NCBI GenBank assembly: GCA_903911225.1
Contig: CAIWCT010000309.1
Span: 145-64,144, forward strand
Direction of reading: 5' to 3'
Source of the DNA: an uncultured delta proteobacterium
Lineage (GTDB): Bacteria > Desulfobacterota > WTBG01 > CAIYCZ01 > CAIRTM01
Length of the DNA stretch: 64,000 bases
This document shows positions 47,440 to 55,969 of the stretch, piece by piece. The translations under genes were made by a program, and so were the position numbers. The first letter of the stretch is position 1; each line of letters starts with the position of its first letter. The notes beneath the pieces are model-generated. The model made no database searches and was not told the origin of the DNA. It worked only from the letters and a program-made list of their open reading frames with translations.

Positions 47440-49788
47440 ATGCCGACAAATAAAAAATCATCTCGAAATAAAAAAAAGAAAACGGGGCCCAGGCGGCACA
47501 TTAAACTTGTGCGCCTTTTTATAATCGGCATCCTTGCTGCAGCCATGCTTTTGGCTCCGTACTGCCTGTACCTTTCAGTAAAAATCGAAAATCGTTTTTC
47601 CGGAAGGAGATGGGACATCCCGTCCCGTGTTTTCTCTGACACCGTCATTCTCATGCCTGGCCAGGGAATCCGATTGGAATCGCTCAAGGAAAAGCTTAAA
47701 GCGCTGGGCTACCGCGATACTTCTGCAAAGCCCCGGCAGAAGGGCGAGATGAGGGTATGGGGCTCTGATATTGATATATTCCTTCATGATCTTAAAATAC
47801 CCGGCCTGGAGCGGCCAGGCTTCCCGGTACGCATCAGCTTCCGCGATGGCACGATACAAGACATCATTGCCGTTGTCGGAAACAAGAACCTGCCCATGAT
47901 TGAACTTGAGCCCGAAGAGGTCATGCTCTTCTATGGCGACGAGCATGAACGCCGAAGGCTCATAACGCTTGACCAGGCGCCCCGGAATCTCATCAATGCC
48001 ATTCTTGCTGCCGAGGACCGGCACTTTTACACCCACTATGGCCTTGACCCGCTTGGCATGCTCAGGGCCCTGTTTGTTAACCTTCTGCATGGCGGAATCC
48101 GCCAGGGCGGATCAACCATTACCCAGCAGCTTGCAAAAAATTATTTTTTAACCAGCCAGCGCACCCTTACCCGCAAGTTCAATGAAGTGCTCATTGCCCT
48201 CATAATCGACGCAAAATACGAAAAAAAACAGATCCTGGAAATGTATCTTAATGAAATTTACCTTGGACAGAAGGGCTCGGCATCAATCAACGGCTTCGGT
48301 GAGGCCGTGTTTTTTTATTTCGGCAAACAGGTAACTGATCTAAGCCTTAGCGAATGCGCTGTTATGGCCGGTCTTATAAAATCGCCCGGACAATATTCAC
48401 CATTTGCAGATAAAATTGCCTGTACGGAGCGCAGAGACATGGTTCTGAAGGCCATGCGCGATAATGATATGATTACCGAAAAAGACCTGCAGGCGGCACT
48501 TGCTGCAGTCGTACGTACCGCCACGTACAGCCCGACAAACAAGAAAGCGCCATATTTCATGGATTACCTTGCCCAGCAGCTCAGGGATATGTATCCGCCT
48601 GAGGTGCTCAACAGCCTGGGACTTTCGATCTACACCACTATCGACATGCAGTTACAATCGGCAGCCGAACAAGCACTCAGCCGTGGGCTGGAACGCCTTG
48701 AAAAAGCTCAACCTGCGCTGCGCCGTGAGGAACCATCCAAGCAGCTGCAGGGTGCAGTCGTGGTCATAGATCCCAAAAACGGGGCAATTAAAGCGCTTGT
48801 GGGCGGAAGAGATTACGCAGTGAGCCAGTTTAACCGCATCACTCAGGCCCGCCGCCAACCCGGAAGCGCATTTAAGCCTTTTGTCTATCTCAGCGCTCTT
48901 GATATCTGCACGCCTGCGACTATACTTTCAAATGAGCCGCGAACCATGACAGTTGCTGGCAAGCAGTGGGAACCTAAAAATTATGAAGAAATCCCAGAGA
49001 CCAGACTCACTATGAGGGAGTCTCTTGCCCGGTCGGTGAATCTGACTACCATTGATCTTGCCATGCGTATCGGACTGGGCCGCATCATCACCACTACCCG
49101 GCTGTTCGACTTCTCGACTCCGCTGACACCCTCTCCATCAATGGCTCTTGGGTCATGCGAAGTCATACCACTTGAGCTTGCCAGGGCATACTGCGCATTT
49201 GCATCAGGCGGCGTTCTTCCGGTTACATTTACATTAAAAAAAGTAGTCGATGAAAATGCAATTGTGCTTGCTTTGCGCCATATGAGCGCAAGGCGAATTA
49301 TCATGCAGGATAAGGCCTATATCATGAATTCGCTGCTGCGAAGCGTTGTAACTGACGGAACAGCCCGAGGGCTTGCCAGCCGGGGGATAACCATTCCGGC
49401 TGCAGGAAAAACTGGCACAACCAATGATTCCCGCGATGGATGGTTTGTGGGCTATACGCCTGATCTTCTGGCGCTGGTGTGGGTGGGCTTTGATGACGGC
49501 GAATCAATCCACAATACAGGCGCTACAGCTGCAATGCCTATATGGGCCGAGCTTATGCGGGCTGCGCCGCAGTGCTTATCAGGATCATGGTTTAAGCCAC
49601 CTGAAGGCGTCATCACAAAAACGATCTGTAAAGAAAGCGGGCAGCTGGCCAATGAAGGCGGCTGCCCGATGCAAATCAATGAAGTATTTATGGCTTCACT
49701 TGCGCCAGCTGATTTCTGTTCACTGCACCAGGCAGGGCCCGTATCATCAATTATTCAGGCAATAAAAAAGCAGCTGAAACAGTTTTAA
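47440..49788 (+). CDS. Class A penicillin-binding protein (GT51 transglycosylase + transpeptidase), PBP1B-like with a UB2H-like insert
   Basis: TM anchor, a roughly 130-aa domain before GT51, then EDRHFYTHYG and RQGGSTITQQLAKN (GT51). Transpeptidase motifs are SAFKP, SVN and KTGTT. Confidence 0.9.
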   Translation: MPTNKKSSRNKKKKTGPRRHIKLVRLFIIGILAAAMLLAPYCLYLSVKIENRFSGRRWDIPSRVFSDTVILMPGQGIRLESLKEKLKALGYRDTSAKPRQKGEMRVWGSDIDIFLHDLKIPGLERPGFPVRISFRDGTIQDIIAVVGNKNLPMIELEPEEVMLFYGDEHERRRLITLDQAPRNLINAILAAEDRHFYTHYGLDPLGMLRALFVNLLHGGIRQGGSTITQQLAKNYFLTSQRTLTRKFNEVLIALIIDAKYEKKQILEMYLNEIYLGQKGSASINGFGEAVFFYFGKQVTDLSLSECAVMAGLIKSPGQYSPFADKIACTERRDMVLKAMRDNDMITEKDLQAALAAVVRTATYSPTNKKAPYFMDYLAQQLRDMYPPEVLNSLGLSIYTTIDMQLQSAAEQALSRGLERLEKAQPALRREEPSKQLQGAVVVIDPKNGAIKALVGGRDYAVSQFNRITQARRQPGSAFKPFVYLSALDICTPATILSNEPRTMTVAGKQWEPKNYEEIPETRLTMRESLARSVNLTTIDLAMRIGLGRIITTTRLFDFSTPLTPSPSMALGSCEVIPLELARAYCAFASGGVLPVTFTLKKVVDENAIVLALRHMSARRIIMQDKAYIMNSLLRSVVTDGTARGLASRGITIPAAGKTGTTNDSRDGWFVGYTPDLLALVWVGFDDGESIHNTGATAAMPIWAELMRAAPQCLSGSWFKPPEGVITKTICKESGQLANEGGCPMQINEVFMASLAPADFCSLHQAGPVSSIIQAIKKQLKQF

Positions 49789-49849
49789 TGTAGATCTAAA
49801 AAAACCTGCGTAAAAAAAAGCACCTACCCCTCTCTGCACTACGCTGGCG

Positions 49850-51673
49850 CTATTGTCCCTCCTGAAGACGCTCCCGTATTCCCGGGAGCGAATGGTTGAT
49901 AATATTTTTAACCATCCGCTGCATGCGTTCGTTTTTCACCAAAACAACAGCTGCAAATGGAGCCATGCGATAGTAGAGATGTATTCCCGCCCTGCCGAAT
50001 GCCGACGTTGCAAGCACCTCATCTCGATATCTGCGAAGGGTTTCGATTTCCGATGAATCTTCGCCCAAAATCTGTACTAATGGACAGTTCGGCTTGTCCG
50101 GGCAGTTTGGGTAGTCGGTATTTTTTGGGTTGACAGCTATTTTAACAACTGCGGGAGAGCTGAACAACCCTCCTTCCGCGACAGAGTAAGTAAAACTGTC
50201 AACATCCAAAAAACCCTTATCAGGTATGTAGATGAATGAACCGTCATTCTTCAAATCAACGGCCCCATGCGACGGTTGAATTAAAACTTTGGCCTTAAGG
50301 TTTTTGCCGATGTCATTCTTAAACACTCCTGGCGAGAGAACTTGAAGCATCCGTGTACTGTTGTCGGAAATATCCGTATAGAAGCCGGTATAGATGTCTT
50401 GATTGTTAAGGTATTCACACTTGTCTATATAGCTATCGGCAACTGCAACCGGAGTAGTAATAGTATCATCAACAAACAGTTTGACCATGACTTCGGTTGA
50501 ATTATCATCGCCGTTATTCGCCTTGTACCAAAAAGTGTCGTTGCCGCTAAAACCGAGTTGGGGGTTATAGATAAAAGCACCATCCTTTGTCCCTTCAAAC
50601 GTGCCGTGCATTGGTTTGGTGCAATATATGGCCGTCAGGTTATCGCCATTGGGGTCGGTGTCATTGTCAAGAACCCCACCCAGCCCCGCCGGTTGTACCT
50701 TCTTCGTTTGTATTTTAAGCTCATGATTTTTGACGGTGTGATACACATCCGGTTTTGCAAGTAAAAAAAGAATTTTAAATATGCGCAAAAAAGGATAGTC
50801 CAGGTTTTCTGAAATTCCCCAAATAGAATTAAAATCCCATTTTGCATTCGTAAAGGTGCTTTGCTTCCACATGTCGGCAGTCGACTTCCCCGTGCCGCCT
50901 GCAGAGGTTGTCTGGCCTGAAGTGTTGATGTCCCAGAAACAGTCGGATGCCGTAGCAATAAGGCTGACACCGATCAGTCCTCCGACCCGGCTCTCCACGC
51001 CGCTTACCTTGCCGGCGCTGTAGCATGCGCTGATAGGTGTATTGTCGTTATAGCCCACCAGGCCGCCAATGCCGCGATCCCCCGTCACAACGCTTGTGCT
51101 GTAGCAGTTGGAAATAGCGCTTGAGATGGTGCTGGCATGGCTCCGGCCCACCAGCCCTCCGACATAATCGGTTGCGCTCACAGAGCCCGTAGTGTAACAT
51201 TTTTTGATGAGGCAATTGTCTATATAGCCCACCAGCGCGCCGGTATATCTCCCCCCTATTATTGTAGCATTATCAAGGCCAACATTTAAAATAGTTGCAA
51301 GCTCGCCGGATACATAACCGAATAACCCGGTATTATTATCCTCCGTCCGATTTATGTAAAGGCCGCTTATAACATGCCCCTTACCGTCAAGGGAGCCTGA
51401 AAAAGGTTTGTCTATAGTGCCAATAGGGATAAAGCCTTGCGGGGTGCCGGTTCCGTTGTCCCAGGTGCTCGTTGCCGAGGCATTAATGTCTCCATCGAGC
51501 ACATATTCTCCGTTTAACGGGTAGCTTGCGTTGTCAGCGGCAATCTCTTTCAGCTGCTCAATTTTCGTGATATGGATGGTTTCACTCATGGCTGAAGTCG
51601 GAGCAGCCATAAACATCACCAGCATGGCAAGTTGAGCAATAGAAACAAGCGTCATATAAGAACTGCGTTTCAT
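49850..51673 (-). CDS. Secreted GLUG-motif repeat protein with two cadherin-like/VCBS-type domains and an unassigned C-terminal domain
   Basis: Signal peptide and repeated GGLVG/GGLIG GLUG motifs. VLDNDTDPNGDNLT...GTFEGTKDGAFIYNPQLGFSGNDTFWY and a second similar module follow. Then come a PNCPDKPNCP linker and a roughly 75-aa tail. Confidence 0.6.
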   Translation of the reverse strand: MKRSSYMTLVSIAQLAMLVMFMAAPTSAMSETIHITKIEQLKEIAADNASYPLNGEYVLDGDINASATSTWDNGTGTPQGFIPIGTIDKPFSGSLDGKGHVISGLYINRTEDNNTGLFGYVSGELATILNVGLDNATIIGGRYTGALVGYIDNCLIKKCYTTGSVSATDYVGGLVGRSHASTISSAISNCYSTSVVTGDRGIGGLVGYNDNTPISACYSAGKVSGVESRVGGLIGVSLIATASDCFWDINTSGQTTSAGGTGKSTADMWKQSTFTNAKWDFNSIWGISENLDYPFLRIFKILFLLAKPDVYHTVKNHELKIQTKKVQPAGLGGVLDNDTDPNGDNLTAIYCTKPMHGTFEGTKDGAFIYNPQLGFSGNDTFWYKANNGDDNSTEVMVKLFVDDTITTPVAVADSYIDKCEYLNNQDIYTGFYTDISDNSTRMLQVLSPGVFKNDIGKNLKAKVLIQPSHGAVDLKNDGSFIYIPDKGFLDVDSFTYSVAEGGLFSSPAVVKIAVNPKNTDYPNCPDKPNCPLVQILGEDSSEIETLRRYRDEVLATSAFGRAGIHLYYRMAPFAAVVLVKNERMQRMVKNIINHSLPGIRERLQEGQ

Positions 51674-51796
51674 GGATTCCTCTCATTTGCAAAAGTGCAA
51701 TTATTACCCAACGCTTTTCAATCAAAAGAAATTTTTAAAAACAGACTGTCCTGATTTCGCCTGTTTCATTTCAAACAAAAGAACGTCATCAAAACA

Positions 51797-52291
51797 TTAA
51801 TTTGCCGTCAAACAAGCTGATGTGCCGTCAATCACGCTAAAAATATCTGTAAATAAAGTTATAAGTGAGCTTATCTGGCAAACCCAGAGACCTTGGCATG
51901 ATGTCCAATGATTTTCTAAATCTAACAAGGCCTGATACCAACACGCCACCCAGATGGGTGGTACAACAGGTAAGGCCTGAATGATCTGAAGCTTACCGGT
52001 TCCGTCGGCCTGAAGAATAATTTCCTGGGCATCTGCTACCACCAGAAACATGCGATCAAACCCCGGCGCTATGACAATAGACCGCTTTTGTGGTCCCGTG
52101 AAGGATAGCCCGAACATAAATCCATCAGTACGGTCAAGCCTTACCAGCTTGATAGATATTCCATTATTGCGAAGTTCGGTTTTAAGACTGTCCTGCCTGG
52201 CTTCAGCCTGAACGACTGTTATCAGCATGAAAAGAAAAACCATGGCCACAATGCAAACCCTCATTCGTCCATCTGCCATACCCTGTTTCAT
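51797..52291 (-). CDS. Secreted hypothetical protein, tandem paralog 2
   Basis: AAGGAG RBS and signal peptide (MRVCIVAMVFLFMLITVVQAEA). The N-terminal 64 aa are 92% identical to paralog 1. The C-terminal roughly 55 aa are Cys/Trp-rich and divergent. Confidence 0.55.
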   Translation of the reverse strand: MKQGMADGRMRVCIVAMVFLFMLITVVQAEARQDSLKTELRNNGISIKLVRLDRTDGFMFGLSFTGPQKRSIVIAPGFDRMFLVVADAQEIILQADGTGKLQIIQALPVVPPIWVACWYQALLDLENHWTSCQGLWVCQISSLITLFTDIFSVIDGTSACLTAN

Positions 52292-52792
52292 ACGATCTCC
52301 TTTTATACATCAGTTGAACGAAGTTGTGTCGGAACTACAGCTGATTATATCTGTAAACCATTCAACAAGCGATACAATATAGCAACTAGTATCTCCTGGT
52401 ATGCATGTCTTCCACTTAATCATAAAAGTGCTTAATGCCTGCAATAAACACCACCCAAAGGTGCCATCTCCGGTTGACTGAATGATCTGCATCTTACCGT
52501 TTCCGTCGGCCCGGAGAATCAATTCTTTGGCGCCTGCTACCACCAAAAACATGCGATCAAGCCCTGGCGCTATGACAAAAGACTGTTGTTGCGGGTCCAT
52601 GAAGGATAGCCCGAACATAAATCCATCAGTACGGTCAAGCCTTACCAGCTTCATGGATATTCCATTATTGCGAAGTTCGGTTTTAAGACTGTCCTGCCTG
52701 GCATCAGCCTGAACGATTGTTATCAGCATGAAAAGAAAAACCATGGCCGCAATGAAAACCCTCATTCGTCCATCTGCCATACCCTGTTTCAT
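51977..52792. repeat. Tandem duplication: roughly 315-bp blocks 51977-52291 and 52478-52792, 501 bp apart
   Basis: Hand alignment of the two blocks gives roughly 88-90% identity, including a perfect run of about 52 nt (52099-52150 versus 52600-52651). The remainder of each unit is much more diverged. Confidence 0.8.
52310..52792 (-). CDS. Secreted hypothetical protein, tandem paralog 1
   Basis: Same architecture as 51797-52291, with a different C-terminal Cys/Trp-rich segment (GWCLLQALSTFMIKWKTCIPGDTSCYIVSL...). Confidence 0.55.
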   Translation of the reverse strand: MKQGMADGRMRVFIAAMVFLFMLITIVQADARQDSLKTELRNNGISMKLVRLDRTDGFMFGLSFMDPQQQSFVIAPGLDRMFLVVAGAKELILRADGNGKMQIIQSTGDGTFGWCLLQALSTFMIKWKTCIPGDTSCYIVSLVEWFTDIISCSSDTTSFN

Positions 52793-52845
52793 TCAATTTC
52801 CTTTCATTAACTCTTCAGCATTTAATTTTTTAACTGCATAACGTG

Positions 52846-54264
52846 TTAGGGCACTAGCCACTTCTTTTTAATAAAAAATACTATCGCAAAAAGTGAAAGA
52901 AATAAAGAAAAACTGATAATAATAAGAAAGGCATAAGGATTATTCTGTATCGGCAAAATAACATTCATGCTGAAATAGCTTGTCACGGAAATTGGTATTG
53001 TCATAATAATGGTAATTGAAGTCAATACTTTCATAACAATATTGAGATTGTTTGAAATAATGGAGGCAAAAGCGTCCATCATCCCGCTTAAAATATCGCT
53101 GTAAATATTGGCCATTTCAACAGCCTGCCTGTTCTCGGTCACAACATCCTCATACAGGTTTTCATTTTCATCGTCCATGCGCAATACGTGCAGGCGCAAC
53201 AATCGCTCCATCATAAGAGCATTAGTTTTAAGCGATGTTGTGAAATAGACAAGACTCTTTTCTATATTAAACAATTTAATAAGCTGTTTGTTTCGCGATT
53301 CCTGTTCGAGTTTTTTCTGAATTATGTTGGCGGCATTATTGAGCTGTTTCAGATGCCCAAGATACTGCATGGTGGCACGCAGAATTATCTGAAGTACGAG
53401 ACGGTCGGTATTGATGGTGGACACATAGCGGACTTTGTTATCGATGAAGTCATGCAGCACGGTTTCAGCTTTTTCGCATACGGTTATCACGTACCCGTTA
53501 ACAAGAATAATGCCTATGGGCAGCGTAAAATAAAGCACATCGGTATTGTTCTCGTCATAATAGGGGACCTTGACAATAATGAGAGTTCCGTTATCCTCGA
53601 TTTCAATGCGGGCAGTTTCGTCGATATCCAGAGAAGCAGTTAAAAAATCAACTGGAATTTTAAAATGTTGCGCAATAAGAGGAATATTTTCTTTTGATGG
53701 ATTGACAATATTTATCCAGCACCCCTTCTCAGTTCTTCCCACGCGCTCTATGCGATTGTTAACGGTCTTGTAGATGTCGATTTCCTGGCTTATTTCAGAT
53801 GCAATTTCCTCTTCCGTCAGTTCCTCTTCACCTGTCTGAGCTTCGGCAATAATCTGGTCAAACTCTAAAACAATCTGTTCTCGTTGCTGATCCAGTGGAT
53901 AGGTGGCATCATCTCCAATGTGCAGAAAAAGGTCTCGTAACTCTTTCAGTTTCTCCTGCGGCATGCTCCGGAAAAAAATTTCACGATTTTCAACGTCCAT
54001 GCGCGAGATAAGTTCCCTGGCATCATCAGCAGTAATTTTTTCGATAAGCCTGAGCTTAACTTCGTCGTCAAAATTTGTAAAAATAAGCGTACGCATTTCA
54101 GGGGAAAGGTTCTCGAGAATCTCCCATTCTTCATCAGAGGTGAGGGATCCAAGAAATTCAGCAGCTATTGCTGGTGGGGTGGTATCACAGAAGTCCTGTA
54201 GTTCTTCAATGTTGTGAGATGCGAGCATTTCTCGCAGTTCTGGAACCAGTAATGGATTTTTCAT
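52846..54264 (-). CDS. CorA-family divalent cation channel fused to an MgtE-type N-terminal domain; GMN signature replaced by SMN
   Basis: The N-terminal roughly 110 aa match MgtE_N (TPPAIAAEFLGSLTSDEEWEILENLSPEMRTLIFTNFDDEVKLRLIEKITADDARELISRM). The C-terminus is CorA-like (MKVLTSITIIMTIPISVTSYFSMNV plus a final TM). Confidence 0.7.
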   Translation of the reverse strand: MKNPLLVPELREMLASHNIEELQDFCDTTPPAIAAEFLGSLTSDEEWEILENLSPEMRTLIFTNFDDEVKLRLIEKITADDARELISRMDVENREIFFRSMPQEKLKELRDLFLHIGDDATYPLDQQREQIVLEFDQIIAEAQTGEEELTEEEIASEISQEIDIYKTVNNRIERVGRTEKGCWINIVNPSKENIPLIAQHFKIPVDFLTASLDIDETARIEIEDNGTLIIVKVPYYDENNTDVLYFTLPIGIILVNGYVITVCEKAETVLHDFIDNKVRYVSTINTDRLVLQIILRATMQYLGHLKQLNNAANIIQKKLEQESRNKQLIKLFNIEKSLVYFTTSLKTNALMMERLLRLHVLRMDDENENLYEDVVTENRQAVEMANIYSDILSGMMDAFASIISNNLNIVMKVLTSITIIMTIPISVTSYFSMNVILPIQNNPYAFLIIISFSLFLSLFAIVFFIKKKWLVP

Positions 54265-54586
54265 AGTAGGTGCCTCCTTAAAGCAGTATAGAAGGCAGTG
54301 TCTGGTTCCCCTGATTGGAGCAGTGGGGCTGGGTAAAACTGCCTTATTTAACAGTTGCTACAACCTAATGGGTGTAGGTCCATGGACTTCTCCGTAAGGG
54401 TTTATCTTATCCGCTTAGCAAAAAGTGCTACAAGCAGTTAAAAATTAATAGCCCGAATAAAAAAAAATGTAAACGCTTTTTTGGCAAAAAACTAAAAATA
54501 GAACTCCGGTTTTAAACATGTTGCAATAAGGGATTACAATGAATAGAATCGTCACATATAACACTATGTAAAAGGACTTAGAACTT

Positions 54587-55969
54587 ATGAAAAAACTACT
54601 TTCCGCACTGATGATAGAAATCTTTTTTCTTTATTTATGTTTGCCTGCTTCAGCTTTTGTGGATGACCTAAGGCGCACACCGGTCGTAAAGGCAGTGGAA
54701 AACACCAAATCAGCCGTTGTAAGCATCAGCACCCATGAACAGGTTTATAAACGCGACAACCCTTTCAGCAGCAGGCAGCATGATCCTTTTTTCGACCGTT
54801 TTTTTGACAATTTCTTCGATGACCGATATCAACGGCAGGAGTCCGTACGCACGCACCTGGGCTCCGGTGTAATTATTGATGCCCGCGGCTATGTACTCAC
54901 AAACTGGCATGTCATTGAAAAAGCATCCGCGATTTCGGTTACAACCGATGAAGATAAAGAATACAAAGCCGTACTGGTAGGCGCTGACCGGAAATCCGAT
55001 CTGGCGGTTTTAAAAATAGAATCCTCTGAAACGTTCAAGTCAGTTCCTCCCGGCAATTCAGACGAAATTCTTATCGGTGAAACCGTTATCGCCATAGGTA
55101 ACCCCTTCGGCCTTTCCCATACTGTCACCACGGGTGTTGTCAGCGCACTTCACCGATCCATCAGGGAAAACGATCAGGTCTATGAAGACTTCATTCAGAC
55201 CGATGCCTCCATTAATCCTGGCAATAGCGGTGGACCGCTTTTAAATATCAATGGTCAGCTTGTGGGCATTAATACCGCTATCTATGGCGAGGCGCAGGGC
55301 ATCGGTTTTGCAATACCCGTCAATACCGCGCGACGCATTGTAGATGATCTACTGCGCTACGGTGAAGTTCGGCCTGCATGGATTGGCATAACGGTGTCGG
55401 CCATGACCAGGTCGGCTGCTGCTCAAACAGGATACACCGGAACCTACGGTGTTTTTGCCGCCGAGGTATTGCCGGGCAGCCCAGCAGCGCAGGCCGGACT
55501 TGCTGCAGGAGATATCATTTTGGCAATCGGCGATCAAAAGGTAAAATCCCCTGCTCTTTTCAAGCGGCTTTTAATTCTCTATACAGCCGATGCAACTCTT
55601 AAGATTGATTTTTTCAGAAAAGGATCGACGGGCACAATCACCTTAAAGGCAGCAGAATTTCCACCCGGCCACGTAGATTTGCTTATCGAAAAGAACCTGG
55701 GCTTTGATGCAATAGACAACAGTGTTCAGACAGCTCGGCGCTACGGCCTTGCATCGGCAGAAGGCATTGTCATTTCAAAAATCAATCAAACGGGGCAAGC
55801 AGGACAGAAAGGACTCAGATCCGGAGACATTATCCTGCAGATGCAGGGTCGTGAAATTAAAAACACTGCAGACTTCAAGCACCAGTTGCCGCAGCATATG
55901 TATAGCGATTCAATCGTCCTGCTCGTGCAGCGGGGAAGATACGGCTATTATGTAACTTTTGATTTATAA
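54587..55969 (+). CDS. htrA: Periplasmic serine endoprotease DegP/HtrA (trypsin domain + 2 PDZ)
   Basis: Catalytic triad contexts are TNWHVI, SDLAVLKI and GNSGGPLLN. Two PDZ-like segments follow. Confidence 0.9.
   Translation: MKKLLSALMIEIFFLYLCLPASAFVDDLRRTPVVKAVENTKSAVVSISTHEQVYKRDNPFSSRQHDPFFDRFFDNFFDDRYQRQESVRTHLGSGVIIDARGYVLTNWHVIEKASAISVTTDEDKEYKAVLVGADRKSDLAVLKIESSETFKSVPPGNSDEILIGETVIAIGNPFGLSHTVTTGVVSALHRSIRENDQVYEDFIQTDASINPGNSGGPLLNINGQLVGINTAIYGEAQGIGFAIPVNTARRIVDDLLRYGEVRPAWIGITVSAMTRSAAAQTGYTGTYGVFAAEVLPGSPAAQAGLAAGDIILAIGDQKVKSPALFKRLLILYTADATLKIDFFRKGSTGTITLKAAEFPPGHVDLLIEKNLGFDAIDNSVQTARRYGLASAEGIVISKINQTGQAGQKGLRSGDIILQMQGREIKNTADFKHQLPQHMYSDSIVLLVQRGRYGYYVTFDL

Noticed and set aside
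51676-51700. Sigma54 (-24/-12) promoter upstream of the GLUG gene, suggested by ...TTGCACTTTTGCAA... on the minus strand.
   Set aside because: It lacks the GG of the -24 element, and the GC-to-GC spacing is too short. It is better described as a 5-bp inverted repeat (TTGCA-n4-TGCAA) of unknown significance next to the RBS.
51977-52792. Regularly spaced repeats as a possible CRISPR array or other repeat array.
   Set aside because: There are only two copies, each about 315 bp, and both are coding (the N-terminal halves of two paralogous ORFs). This is a tandem gene duplication, not a CRISPR array.
54265-54470. M-box (ykoK) Mg2+ riboswitch upstream of the CorA-like transporter.
   Set aside because: I looked for the conserved GUUAGGUGAGGC, GCUGCC, AAUGGGUCAACAG, UAAGG and ACAG.GC.AAAGC order. 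Only scattered look-alike fragments are present, and in a different order. It is kept only as a low-interest 'structured leader' finding.
54501-54526. ECF sigma(E)-type promoter for htrA (GAACT-16 nt-TGCAA).
   Set aside because: Only the -35 GAACT half matches. The -10 half (TGCAA versus TCTGA/TCAAA) is weak, so it is not reported as a feature.
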